Origin: Eledone cirrhosa
Taxonomy: Eukaryota
Assembly: GCA_964016885.1 (NCBI GenBank)
Contig: OZ024747.1
Coordinates: 54,994,001-55,058,000 of the forward strand
Length of the DNA stretch: 64,000 nt
Direction: 5' to 3'
Position 1 is the stretch's first letter. Every line of letters begins with the position of its first letter. This document shows, piece by piece, positions 43,668 through 58,970 of the stretch. The position numbers and the translations under genes were made by a program. The notes under the pieces are model-generated. The model searched no databases and was not told the DNA's origin. It saw nothing but the letters and a program-made list of their open reading frames with translations.

Positions 43668-43720
43668 GTCGTCGTCGTCGTCGTCGTCGTCTTCACCACC
43701 ATCATCATCATCAACATCAT
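42585..43720. repeat. (CAT/CAC/CAG)n low-complexity trinucleotide tract
   Basis: Direct inspection; similar tracts at 25935-26510, 10200-10620 and 40820-40980. Confidence 0.9.
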
Positions 43721-44044
43721 CAAAATATAAGGAACCCTGTTTATATAATTGATATCACCAATAAGTAACAATCTTCCATATTTATTATTTATATTATTGT
43801 TATTGTTATTATTGTCATTTCTCTCCATTTTTTCCCATCTTGTTATTGTTTCATCGTCACATACTTTTCTTCCTATTGTTGTTTCATGATGTACCTCTGT
43901 GTTATTATTTACTCACACTCCACCTTCTTTGGAAAAAAAAAAGAACAGGAAAGGAAACGTCATGTTATTGTTGTTGTTGTTTCCTTAACTGTTGTCATTG
44001 TTATCAACTTTTTAACACCATAGTTATATTCCAGCTTGCTCATG

Positions 44045-44130
<86 letters not shown>

Positions 44131-44299
44131 GAGAGGGAGAGAGAGAGAGAGAGAGAGAGGGGGGTGGGGAGAGATACATACATAAATACATACTTGCATA
44201 TACACGTGCATAAACAAAGCATTTCGAAAATCAATGTCCCTGAGATAACATCGTTTGTACGATGACGGCTGAATTTTTTAATTATTTGCTTATGTCCCT

Positions 44300-44622
44300 T
44301 TAAGTTCAAATCTTACACTGATCCACTACTCGAGGTTGACTTTGCCTTTCATCCTTACGGGGTCGATAAAATAAAGTACCAGTAATACACTGGATAATTG
44401 CTGGCCTTGTGCCTAAAGTAGAAACAATTATGGTCTTTGGTGAATTGGCAGTATCGGTAGAGGGTTGGACGCCATGCTTTCTAGCATAGTTACGTCCCTT
44501 TACAGTCTGAGTTCAAATCCCACCGTGGTTAACTTTGCCTTTCATCCTTACGGGGTCGATAAAATAAAGTACCAGTAATATACTGGGTAATTGCTGGCCT
44601 TGTGCCTAAAGTAGAAACAATT
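44300..44622 (+). mobile_element. Two tandem SINE copies
   Basis: Copies at 44300-44430 and 44438-44622. Confidence 0.82.
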
Positions 44623-45263
44623 ATTGTCTTTTTGTATCCTACAAAATTAGGACATTTCAAACTCTAACTAGTATAATTGCCGACTGAATTGTTGATATTG
44701 TCCCCTATTACCCCCAGGCAAAGAAATCTTAAAGCTGAATATGGTTTTATAGTTCAAACAGGTAATAAATACTGCTCCCATTCGAATTTTAAAATACGTG
44801 AGGTATTTATTTATTTGTATTTGATCGATTCTGAAGAGTTATTCTTGCAGGAATGGAATATTCTTGTCTCTCTATTTAAATGGGAGTAAAGCTATTAAAT
44901 TGTATACGAATAATCCTTTTTTACTTTTCGTTTACATGAACATAGACAAACACGCACACACACACACACACATAGCCACATGTGCGACTATGCGTATATA
45001 TATATGGTGATACTGCGGTTTTCCAAATTTAAGCGTATATATATAGATATATAATAGAAAAAACGAGGAAATCTCGTTTAAATATGAAAAATAGCTATTG
45101 TGTATCAACCTGTTACGCGCGTTTCGCAGAGGATTGCCTCAAGGTGACCCATAGGAGATATGGACCCGACTCCATTATATATTTTCTCCCCAGGCTGGTG
45201 ACGCAACAAAATATATATGTATATATATATATATATATATGGATGTATATGAGAGCTCCAATA

Positions 45264-45326
<63 letters not shown>

Positions 45327-47917
45327 ACCGTCCTTATTCCAGCTATAGAACACTACATGATTCAGCCCACATTTTTATGCGTAAAATAATTAGAATTACC
45401 TCAATTTAACTAGATACACCGGACAGTTGAATATGTTGTCTTATACACAGGTAATGTGTCTTTTATTTATTTACTCATTATCTAACAAACGATGTTGCAT
45501 AGAGGAGGAAGCGAAAGGAATCGAGCCTGAGGTCAGACCAAGTAAAGAATGTTTGCATTGGCTTTCCATTATTCATAACATATGCCGGTAGCAACTCCTC
45601 GTTGCTCAGTGGTTAAGAGCTTTAGCTTCTGCGTTCGATTAAGAGATAATTCTAGATAAACCACAAAATATTTCGACTATGCAAAACATAGCTTACATTC
45701 TGATAAACATTTGTACAATATATTTAGTGGAGAGCATGTTAACTCACGCAATAAGAGAAGGTCGTCGTGCCCCAGTAGACAGAGGAGGTTGAGCCAATTA
45801 AGAACGTAAGCGACTAAACAGAGGTATATACATATTTAGTAAGCATGTCCGATCAGAAGGTACATATTTATTAGAAAATAATACCGAATTCCTGATCGAA
45901 AAAAAGTATTGGTTGTTGACCAGAATCTAGTTCCGTTAAATGTTTCAAAGATACTACTTCCGGAACGTTCGATATCGTTGATCGAGCATGACAGCAAGAT
46001 TCCTGTTTGATCTTCTAAATCTGAAAACAATTTGGGTAACTTTATATGTTGAATTGGCTAAATAGTTTGAGCGTTTGATGAGATAGTTTTGAGCATTTAT
46101 TCTGACTCCGGCCGTCCTGAGTTCAAATCTTGCTAAAGTCAAATTTAACTTTGAGTCTTTAGGAAATCGATAAAATGAGTATCAGTCCAGGGTGTCGGAT
46201 GAGCGGTGTTGTTAAAGCTATTGATGTGATGTATCTACATATCTCAAAATCTTTGTATTCTACGTTTAATTCACGTTGTAGCATGAGAGAGTTGTATATT
46301 TAATCCATTGATTGAATAAGTATTCCTATCTCCTTCTTTTGCAAAAGTCAGGAAGGCTCAGGCAATTGTTTTGGGTACAGCAGTCATCCATGATTAAACA
46401 GTAAATTCAAACAAAGACACACATACATACATATGTTTGAGTGTATATATATATGTCAGGTCACCAGTTGGTGCTACTGGTAACATGTATCCCAGTACAA
46501 CATGTCTCATGGTCGGATCGTTGGCGACTAAACTGGCAACCCCACCAAGGTTTCTTAGTGAGGAGGGTGACTTTGGACATCCTGCAGGACTAAAAACAAA
46601 ACCTGTCAAAGGGCAAAGGACCTCTTAAGAGTCAATGGCCATCCAAAATCACCGAGAGAGATGACCCCTTAGCCTTTGTCAAGGCAGAATTCTAGGAGAA
46701 GGAAAGCTCTGATATAACACCTGCAACCCTGATGGTATCCAATGATGTTGACTTGTTCTCCATTTTGGTAAATATCATCTTGGTTAAGAGAGTGGGACTG
46801 GCTTTGTGCAGTGCCTTTGCTCACTATAAAAGCTTCAGGGCACAGGCATTGCTTTATATCTGGAGATCTCTCTGCCCTTGTCGTCAAATGATACCATGGG
46901 CCCAGCACTATGTGTCAATAATTGTCACAAGTGTAGTGTTTGTACCAGAGTTTTCAAGTTGCTGGCTGGACTAAAAATTCACACTCGTTCAGCGCATCGG
47001 TAGGGGTTCTCCTACATGGATATAAAGTAGTGGCCGTACTCGAAAACGAGTTGGCAGCCACCATATATATATATATATATGTACTTGTACACACATACAC
47101 AGGTGTATATATATTATATAATATCTGGCACTAACACATCATATTTACCGCAAATCTCATTTTCAAATCACAAATCAAAATGTATGAATCAATAAAGATT
47201 AAATATAATGACATAAATAAAGAATAAATTTATCAAATATATAAAAAAATAAAAGCTTACCAAATCAAAGCAATACATTATTTTAAAATATAAAAGGAAA
47301 TGATAAATAAGAAAATAGTATAATAAATCATTCAATAATATAAAGGTCTCCAATATATAATGATTTCAATAAGCACAAACAAAATAAAAGCTTGTAGTAG
47401 TATTATTGTAATATATTTATTTATATAATTTACCAAATGACTTGAGGTGAATCAATTTGAGCAGCCATCAAATTAAACAAAAGTGTTTTATTAATTTCTT
47501 ATAATAAATATTATTATGTATTTTTATGTAGTTGACTTTTAATGATTTAGTTGATTAATTTTCTTCGTTTTTCTTTGTTCAGTTTCCATTTAACATTTAA
47601 TTAAATATTTACTTTTTGCGTTTTAGGAATTGTCTAAGTCTGCGAGAAATAAAGAGTTTGTTGAAATAATTTGTCATCGGCGGAATTAAAGAATTGCAAA
47701 GAGTTGCATAATTGTTTCAAAATTATATGTAGCAAACAACGTTTCTTTGCGGTTTGTTGATTTTCTCAAATTTAATTATATATTTTTTTTAAGATGGATG
47801 AAAGATTGAAGAAGAAATAGATGACTAAGTAATATATTCAGGTGATGAAGAAATCTACGTTGACACACACACATATGTGTACAGATACACACAAACACAA
47901 CTCCATCCCCACACACG

Positions 47918-47959
<42 letters not shown>

Positions 47960-48026
47960 TGCATATGTATATATATGTGTGTGTGTCTGTAGGATTGCAT
48001 AAACATATATATATATGTATATATGC

Positions 48027-48106
<80 letters not shown>

Positions 48107-48175
48107 TTGTATGTATATATCTATATATGTATACACACATATATATATATATATGAGCGTGTGTGTGTTTGTATG

Positions 48176-48219
<44 letters not shown>

Positions 48220-48451
48220 TATGTATATATTATGATTGTGCCCATATCTGTGTAGTCTGAATATTGTCCATTTAAAAATACATATTTAAAATATGTAAAA
48301 TTCCCCCAATCTATTTTCGTAATATTAAGTTATGAAGTTATTTAATAAAATGTACAAAATGGAATATAATTCAATTGTTGATTCTAATGTTTAATGGATA
48401 AATAATTCCTGCTGATGGATTATTGCATACATACTTTATATGACTATATGC

Positions 48452-48512
<61 letters not shown>

Positions 48513-49430
48513 TATGCGTGTGTGTTTGTGTGTGTACCTATGTGTGTGTACGTCTGTGTTTTGTTGTGTATGTCTGAATGTGTGTGTGTATAATATGTTA
48601 TAATATAATATATCTTATACCATTGAGAAGAATGGCCTAAGCGGAAACTAATGAACAAAACCTCAAATGTATATATTCTTAATGCTACATACAGAATTGA
48701 TTGAGCTAAGTCAGTGAATCTCATGAATTTAAACAAATCTATTTATGACTAATTTACATATGACGTGAATGCACATAGCTTCGTGATTAAGATTTTCAAA
48801 CGGCCATCCTAAAGACGTGAGTTCCATTCTTGTATATGGCGCTGCAGCTGGCAAAAGTAAAAGTTGTTCCTGTAATTCAAGTAGCAAGCCTTGTCATATA
48901 TTTTATCATGTTGAATCTCCCTGAGAACTACGTGAAATGAGCAGCTGTTTGTGGAACACCCTGTTACGTGCACGTTGATTTTACTAACAGACTGGCCAGC
49001 TGATGAAACAAATGTGGGAGACATCTGCGGAAATACTGGAGTTCCAACACCAACAAATAATGCACTTTAAACCTATATAATTAATTGATATTTGTTTAGT
49101 ACATTCCTGCAAACAGAGTTCAAACATTCTTGTTTGAAATTTTTGAAATTACATTTTCTTTTAAAAATACTTAGAAATTACGATACGTCTGATTTCCAAC
49201 TCCAGTTAAGTGTGCTAGCTTTAGTTAAAAATGTCAGACAAATGTATTTGTGGCATTAAGTCACTTCACTTTAGGTGTTAAGTTCAAATCAGACCGTTCT
49301 CAATTTGTTTTCAGGATTCTTCGGTTGACAAAATATATCAGAATTCAAGAACTAGGGACGATATATTCGATTTCCTCTCTACGAAATTTGTTGGCCGCTT
49401 GACTTAATAAAAAATATCATTATTAACCCT

Positions 49431-49617
49431 GTAGCGGTGAATTGGCAGTATCGGTAGAGGGTTGGACGCCATGCTTTCTAGCATAGTTACGTCCATTTAC
49501 AGTCTGAGTTCAAATCCCACCTAGGTTAACTTTGCCTTTCATCCTTACGGGGTCGATAAAATAAAGTACCAGTAATGTACTGGGTAATTGCTGGCCTTGT
49601 GCCTAAAGTAGAAACAA
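49431..49617 (+). mobile_element. SINE with target-site duplication
   Basis: attattaaccct duplicated at 49419 and 49617. Confidence 0.85.
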
Positions 49618-49966
49618 TTATTAACCCTCTAGCATTTACATTATTCTATACTTACTCTTGTATTTTCACGGTAAACGCTTAAACTCACATAATTATCTTA
49701 CATAATATCGAATCTACAAGATTTTAATATTTATTTTGAGAATAATAGATTAATGTTAGTATGAGTGACCAGTTATGGCTACTTGGAACAGACATTCCAT
49801 AATAATGATATGACTCTAACTTTGATATGCTCCGAAAGCCACTTAACACTTTAGCATTTACACTGGCCATATCGGGACAGCAATCTCTCACTTCTTTCTG
49901 TTCAAAGTAGCCATAACTGGTCACTCATATTAACATTAATGTATTGTTCCCAAAATAAATATCAAA

Positions 49967-50152
49967 GGCTGTGAATTGGCAGTATCGGTAGAGGGTCGGA
50001 CACCATGCTTTCCAGCATAGTTACGTCCCTTTACGGTCTGAGTTCAAATCCTGCCGAGGTTAACTTTGCCTTTCATCCTTACGGGGTCGATAAAATAAAG
50101 TACCAGTAATGTACTGGATATTTGCTGGCCTTGTGCCAACAGTAGAAACAAT
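49967..50152 (+). mobile_element. tRNA-derived SINE
   Basis: Family match. Confidence 0.85.
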
Positions 50153-50822
50153 TTTTATGGAATGTCTTTGCTACTTATAACGAATTTCCGACTGATGGAA
50201 CTACCTGCAATTTCAGGCAGTTGGATGGGAACGGGTTAACAACTTTCTTCAGAATTATTACTAATATATGACTGTTATTGGTAAAATTTAGATTATAGAT
50301 AATCCTTAGTCGGCTATATTTATATTGACGTATTCACTACCATCGGCACGGTGGTAGCTACACGCAGATGTGAGCTTCACAAGCTTAAATGGGTCTTCGA
50401 ACGCGTTTCCCTCACGATCGTCCGGGAAAACGCCTTCTGTATTCTTTACACCGGCGTCGCGGGGCACCCAGTGCGTGTACTAGCATTTGCTCAAAATAGA
50501 TAGAGATGGGGAGAGCGAGAGAGAGGGAGGCAGTAACTATAACAGCATTGTGATGTATCTTGTAGAGTTTAAAGGTACAGTAGAGATTAACCGCTTCGTT
50601 ACTATATTTCTAATAAAAGACATTACACCTAAATATTTCCAATAGATATAATTACCTTACGTCATCATTTGTTACAAGACACCCGACGGTAGTAAGGTCG
50701 CTTCAATTGAAAACATCAGTCTATATACAATTGATAGGAGCACGTCTTCTTTCAAAGCCAGCACATCGCGCACTATTCATCATTACGTACATGCAGAGAT
50801 GCATACATATATACCTACATGC

Positions 50823-50869
<47 letters not shown>

Positions 50870-50895
50870 CGTATATATATATATATATATATACG

Positions 50896-50967
<72 letters not shown>

Positions 50968-51111
50968 TGTACGTGTGTGTGGGTGTCTGTGTGTGCATGC
51001 GTGCAAATACAGATATAGGAATGTATGACTATTATTGTCTCGGTGTTCATGGTTGCTGCTATGCTCGTGTCATCATTTGAGCGTTGACATGTACATATAC
51101 ATACACATTTT

Positions 51112-51179
<68 letters not shown>

Positions 51180-51315
51180 CGTGTGTGTGTATGTACTCAT
51201 GTGCCCACCCATACACGGTTTTAATAATCACGTTATTGACTAAGCCTATATACAAACATACACCCGCATAAACACACACAAACACACACACCACACATAC
51301 ACACACACACACACT

Positions 51316-51374
<59 letters not shown>

Positions 51375-53311
51375 GATTTACACATAACGATGGCACGGAC
51401 ATTCATATGTATTTTACACCTGCCGTGATGCTATCATGTCAACAACACAATGGTTAATGAATTTCCTGTTTTGCTTAAGAAATTGTTATTTCTTTCTTGC
51501 ACCAAATCACACCAAAACAACGTAGGTAAACAGTAAAAAACAAATGAGATACATTCTCATTATCTTCAAATCTCATTCCATTGAATACAATACCAGAATT
51601 ATGTAATAACTCATTCCACCCTAAATAATATCTCCGCCATTATACTAATATATTACGAACACTATTAGATCAAGCTGTAGAACATTACACTAAGAAAAAC
51701 AATTGAAAATCTCTAAGAAAAAAGAAAAAAACAGTTGAAAAACATTACTTGCCAAATATAATTTTTGCAGACGATGATTGGGAGGTAGTGAGAAGAAACA
51801 AACAAAGAAATTTATAAAGAAACCAGTAAGAAAATAAAATATATAAACTAAAATAATTGATGAACCTGACAGTTATAGTGAAATGATTTTAGAAAATCCA
51901 AATCAACAGAGATGATGGGATTGATTCAAAAATTTCTCGAGATAATTATCATATATAAAAATACCATATGTTCTATCACTAATGAGTGACGGAATTTAAT
52001 TATTTACTACAAAAGCAATGCAATTAGGAGAATTCTGCTGATGAAAAATACTCACAACAAAAAGAATATAAATCAATAATATAAATGTCTTTTATTCATC
52101 TACATCATACTTTTTCCTTTTCAAGACAAAGAGACAAACAGACAGATAAAGATAAGAACGAGTGACAAAGAAAGAAAAGTATCAATTAAAAACAGAAAAT
52201 AATGAATGCCGTGTGCGAATTAACGAATGCTGTTAATAAATTTAATTGTCCACATGCTAGTTGCTAACATGAACCAGTATCTTAGTAGTGGAGTATCAGA
52301 TAAAAAAGTTTATTTAATCAGGCGTCTAATTTAGAAGTTTGAAAAGTGAAGGCATTCAAAAATCGTTTTCTAATTCGTCGCGAGGACAAGTTAAATATAT
52401 CATAAGAAACCATAAAACATATATATGGCGTCTGAACCTACTTGAATCAACAACATAATCTATCTTCAATCATGTGATATTTTCATGAGGAAAAGGAGTG
52501 ATACGTTGCCTAATGTAATTCCAGATAAACTATGACCGAAACAAACACACATTAATAAACACATACTATATAATCATAAGCCCACTATTGTTGTTGCTGT
52601 TGTTTAGCTCTAACTCACTCCTAACTCAGAAGATGAATGGCGCAAGGCAGCCATACTTTCGCCTTTACCAGCCATACTTTCGCCTTTCATCTTTACGTGG
52701 TCCATGAAATAAAGTACCAGTAATGCACTGGTATAATTCCTGGCCTTGATAGTCTAACATGATTTTAGAAATGGTTCCTTTCTGTTTCAAGGAAATTGAC
52801 TTAGGATATAATGGACTTCTATGGGGCTTCCTCGATATTCCCTCAGTGTGTGTATGTCAGTGAGTGAATGGATGTGAGCCCTTTTATTATTGTTATAAAC
52901 ACTGGATAGAGTCTTATCTACTATTTTAACGTAGACGCCATCATTTTTCATAGAAGGGAAAATCTAGTGCGTGTTATACCTCCAATATTAGAAATGCGTA
53001 ACATTACTACCCACCACAAGACCCGAGGAAAGTTTATTGGGGTCCAATTTGTTGCAATTATATATACCAGGTTGCTTCCTCAGGGTAATTGTTAATATCA
53101 TAGAGACTCGAGGGGCACTGAAAAATGGTAATGTGAACTGCCCCTCATTAATAGTAATACATAGAGGTTTTACTAGCTTCCGGCGACACTGTCAATGATG
53201 TGAGGGCTGATGATCACATGACAAATCCACTGAAGATGCACAATTCATGTAAGCCGGAAAGCAAGAACAACACATGGTTCCACATGTAAAACTTATAAAG
53301 CGTATTATTTA

Positions 53312-53485
53312 CGGTGGATTGGCAGTATCGGTAGAGCGTCGGACAACATACTTTGTAGCATAGGGTTACAGCACTTTAGGTTCTGAGTTCAAACACCGCC
53401 GAGGTTAGTTTTGCCTTTCATCCTTATGGGGCTGATAAAATATCCCCAAAATTGTTGTCCTTGTGTCTAAACCAGAGACAATTGT
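53312..53485 (+). mobile_element. Diverged SINE
   Basis: Family match with an internal deletion. Confidence 0.75.
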
Positions 53486-53921
53486 TCATGACTTTTTCAG
53501 GTAAAATGGGGATATCAAATATATTTACATTGATGGTTGTTTCAAAACCAAGACATGATTTAAAACTATTTTATACCTACAAAAATGTTATTTATATTGT
53601 ATAATCATTTATGTTATACATAAATAGGGGATCGAACGAATACAGGTACACTTTCCATTTTATGACATGATTGTTCAGCTATAATTTTCACTTAAGGAAT
53701 TTAAAGTGTCCTTAACACAGTACGACAAATTATATATTATTGTATGGATGTTGTTGCCTTGATTTGCAAATTTGCAACAATACCAGGCGTTATGTGGGTA
53801 CGTCTGGACTAGCTGTTGAAACGACAAGAACTAAGCCGACTGTTTGTAATATAACCATAAAATACTATTCCAAGTTTCAAGTACTCTGTTGGGAATGGTG
53901 TAACCAGTATCAAATTGAATC

Positions 53922-54252
<331 letters not shown>

Positions 54253-54629
54253 TCTATATATATATATATATCCGCTCGTGTAAGGCATTGGACAGGATAG
54301 AAATAATGTAATTTGATTCATTAAAACTTTTTGATAACGACATATTTTCTCTACTACAATACATGCAATAGCGCGCATACTCACGCACAAACACACACAG
54401 ATATATATACATATGTATATATATATATAAATGTGTGTGTGTGTGTGTGGTGTATGTTGTGTGTGTGTGTTCGTAGCTATGGATGTATGTATATATATGT
54501 ATGCATGTGTGTATGTATGAACACAACGTGTTCACCCTTTGAAACTCGAAAACTGGAAAAAAGTATTAAATTATAAATCAAATAGAATTACAGAATATAA
54601 ACTACTCATCAATACACATACATAGACAC

Positions 54630-54702
<73 letters not shown>

Positions 54703-55496
54703 CATACACACACACACACATATATATATACATATATATATATACATATGCATAAATATGTATGTGTGTTTGTATGTATATATATTTATATATATATATA
54801 TGTGTATGTGTGGACGTGTGATTGTGTTTGTATATGTATATGTATATGTATAAACTAAAGCATTGTATCATGGTGTATGGAGGGTAAAGAAATTGCGAAT
54901 GAACATTAAAGGCAATTAGATTGTACGGGTTGAAATTAATTCAGAAATTATCAACATTAAACGATTTTATTAATCAGAGAGATTAGAAAAGATTAAAAAT
55001 GAATAGAATAAATATATTAATATATAACTGAAACAAATATAAATAAGAAGGACAATAAAACATGAATGAATTTTTAGGATTTTGAAGTAATTTTATAAAT
55101 TTTTCAAATATTTTCCTTTAATTTTTCTTTGTTTTAAACATCTGAGTCGCTATTGTAGTCTAAAAGTAGGAGGCGAGGAAAGTGACAATAATCTACCAAC
55201 GCCTCTTCCTTAACGAGCAAAAATATTAAGGCTAATGAAATCAAGAGTCTGCCAGTTTTTGGTAATCAAAACTGTGACAGTTACAACAACGAGTACAACC
55301 ACAGTACAGTGATACCGTCACCGACCACATCGACAACATTAACTACATCAGAGAAAAATGGAACAACTTATCATAACAACATCATTAAGAATTTTTGAAA
55401 AAAAAAAGAAAAAAAGCAAGAACGAAGAACAATAATATTCTCCAATGGTAAATACAACAATATTAACTATATGAAATATTTCAACATAAATTACAA

Positions 55497-55681
55497 TAAC
55501 TATTTCTACTCTTGGCACTAGGCCAGCAATTAACCAGTACATTACTGGTACCTTATTTTATCGACCCGTAAGGATGAAAGGCAAAGTTAACCTCGGCGGG
55601 AATTGAACTCCGATCGTAAAGGGACGTAACTATGCTGGAAAGCATGCCCGACCCTCTACCGATACTGCCAATTCACAGCCC
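55497..55681 (-). mobile_element. tRNA-derived SINE
   Basis: Family match. Confidence 0.85.
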
Positions 55682-56547
55682 TAACAGCAATAATAAGGAA
55701 AACCATGCTTTGTAATTCAGGCACAAGTTTAGAAATTTTGTGCGAGGGTAAAGCTGATTATATTGGCCCTAGTATTTAACTCGTCCGGATGAAATACGAA
55801 GCTAATCTTGATAGTATTTAAACCAACGATATTAACGTATCCATGTAATATTAATATTACATCATGATAGTTCCAGTAGCCTTAGGACGTTTGCATCAAA
55901 TATCATTAAAACTGAAAAGGTATGTTGTGTAAATAGCCCCCGAAATCAAACATTCTGGCCTACAAAATTGTGTGTAACACTGCATACGCACGGGAAAATA
56001 TAACGTTTCTCAGGTCATTTTTGTGACTCGAAAGATGGTAGAATATACAGTAATCATCATATTTATTGTGCAGGCCGTTCATAGTGTTTTTAATTTAGGC
56101 ACAAGGCCAGAAAGTTTGGTAAATGGGAAGGTCGACTAAATCGGCTTCAGTAACGACTGGTACATGAGAAGTTAACAACACAGAATGTAAATAACCTTAA
56201 CTAAATACCGCAAATGGTTCGCAAGTCCATATAAATTAGCAAACATCAATAATAATAATAGTGATAATATATTGTGCATCTATAACATTATTCCTATTGT
56301 CACTCTCCCTACAATATTACACTAACATTCAAAAGAAAGTCTTTCAATATCCCACACTCTCATTAGACCTGGGCTTATCTTGATGTTGTGTAGATCATGA
56401 TGAGGAGTTATATCATCTTAACATAGACATGTTTATCTAGAGAGATATAATCAACACACTCTTAAATACACACACGCACACACAGGCACACACGCACACA
56501 CGCACACAGAGATATATGTATATATGTACATATACATATATATATAC

Positions 56548-56657
<110 letters not shown>

Positions 56658-58340
56658 AATATGACCAAAAGTTAAACAAGGTTCATTGACTAATCAATGA
56701 ATATAGTTTTACAATAGATTAGAAGCACTCAACTGTTAAAAAAAGTTTTCTGGAGTTATTAATATTAATTCAAAATATTGTTTCAAAATACAGTCTTGGC
56801 AGCCAAGACTGGAATTGAACCATCAGCACAGGTGAGGTATTTCACACATCACTTTATCTACAGATACTTTATCTACAGATACTGCCAATCCTACAAAATA
56901 TTGAGTAACTTTTTTAACTGTCGTTTACCTCTTATCGACACAGGTTATATATATATATATATAAAAATATATACGATATTAAATAAATGGAAACTATATT
57001 TATAAAACCATATTTATTTCATTATATATATTTCAGGGATATCATATTAACAATATGCTATGCCTTCCTCAGACAAAATACAATATAAACAGTTTTATAG
57101 ATAAATAGATTTGACATACCGTACAACATCGACTTGTATTTGAAAAGTTGAATTGGCAGTGAAAAAAATGTACACAGAGAGAAAGAAAGAGAGAAAAAAA
57201 GGAAAGAAAGACAGAAAACGAAGAAAAAGAAGAAAAAGAAGAAATGCATGGAACAAAATAGAGAGATGGAAAGATAGATAAAGAGAAGAACTTCATGTAA
57301 AGAAACAGAGAGAGAGAGATATATATATAGAGAGAGGAAATAGAGATAGATATATATATAGAAAACTAGGTAGTGGGACATCCGTTGAGTAAACATATCA
57401 ATGATACATTTATTTATTTATTTATTTATTTAGCTCTAGTATTAATGTAAGGGAGATATATGTGGTTAGGAGAGAAACCAGCTGTTATATAGAGAGAAAA
57501 ATCAAAATTAACCAGACATAGGCGAGGCATAGAGGTATTAGTATGTATAACAACCAGCCACTATATTGTAAATATCAGTATTCCTGAATGAGACATGTAT
57601 CCATAATGTGTGAAAAGTAATGATCTTATGTTTAGTTTTTTAAAAAAAATTCATATGTTTATGTGATAACTACAAACATCTATGTGAATTTACATGATCA
57701 ACTCAGCAAACCCTAAGTTCACGGAAAACATTCTCATTGTGCTATAAAAATTTAAGTATACATATATGTGTATATATATACACAAATATGTATATATAGA
57801 GTCTATATTACTACTATTCTTGTCTTTACTCTACAAGATTATCTATCAAGCAGAAATAGAGAGCAGATTTCAATATATTAATAAAAAAATATATATCAGA
57901 AACAAAAACCAAAAAATAACAATAATAATAATAATAATAAATAATAATATTTAATATCGTAAATATACTCCAAATACTTGTCGAGTGCTTTTATATCAGT
58001 TATAAATATTTACTAGTTGTAACCCAACAATTTAAATATAACTTTCCATATAAAAATATATATATATTTATTTATTTATCATCATCATTTAAAGTACATT
58101 TTCCATAGGATATACAGTAGATTTGGTTTCTACTGAGGAAGGTGGCAATATTAGCACTATATAATATAACAGTGTATAAATTAAGACTAAAAACAGGAGG
58201 TTTTTATTGATTAAGCTCAGTTACATAGGTTTAACATATAGGTGGCTCTGGATCAATTCTTGTGTTATAGACTCGACTCAAGCCCTAATCAACTCATTAG
58301 GTTTGTTGGGATTCTGGTTTTGTTTGATTAAGAAGTCCAT

Positions 58341-58413
<73 letters not shown>

Positions 58414-58416
<3 letters not shown>

Positions 58417-58609
58417 TTTTAATATAGATGAGATTCTACAGGACTAGAACTGTTTCATTCTTTAGAAATCATCAGGAGATTCCTGATGATTTCTAAAGAA
58501 TGAAACAGTTCTAGTCCTGTAGAATCTCATATATATTAAAACTTTTATACTCTGCAATGTATTGAGTACCTTACTTACTGTGGTTACCTCCGATTCAACC
58601 CGGAATAAC

Positions 58610-58611
<2 letters not shown>
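58414..58611 (+). mobile_element. HHR fold-back element, family A, copy 3
   Basis: Near-perfect palindrome centred near 58478, plus tail, in (TA)n. Confidence 0.8.
58476..58528 (+). ncRNA. Type I hammerhead ribozyme, family A
   Basis: gagattc CTGATGA tttc-taaa-gaat GAAA cag-ttctagtc-ctg TA gaatctc. Confidence 0.85.
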
Positions 58612-58656
<45 letters not shown>

Positions 58657-58762
58657 CGTGTGTGTGTGTTTGTCTGTGTATGCATATATATATGTGTGTG
58701 TGTTTCAGCACGAATGTGCGAATGTACGTAACTCTCTCTCTGCCCGTATGCCTGCATGACTT

Positions 58763-58860
<98 letters not shown>

Positions 58861-58934
58861 TATAAAATAAAAGATGAAATCGAAAATGCAACTGGAGTCT
58901 TATTTTAAAAAAAATATATATATTTATTTGGTTC

Positions 58935-58970
58935 CTTTACCGGTTTCGCAGTTCTTCTGCTTTTCAAAAG
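58935..58970 (-). ncRNA. Same U3-A8 hammerhead in the inverted 5' arm of the PLE
   Basis: Reverse complement of the 63668-63703 motif. Confidence 0.72.

Noticed and set aside
42653-43828. Long Pro/Ser/His/Thr-rich ORFs
   Set aside because: Open in several frames because of trinucleotide repeats; no domain or splice evidence.
45595-45642. tRNA-like A and B box fragment
   Set aside because: No cloverleaf; at most a decayed SINE head.
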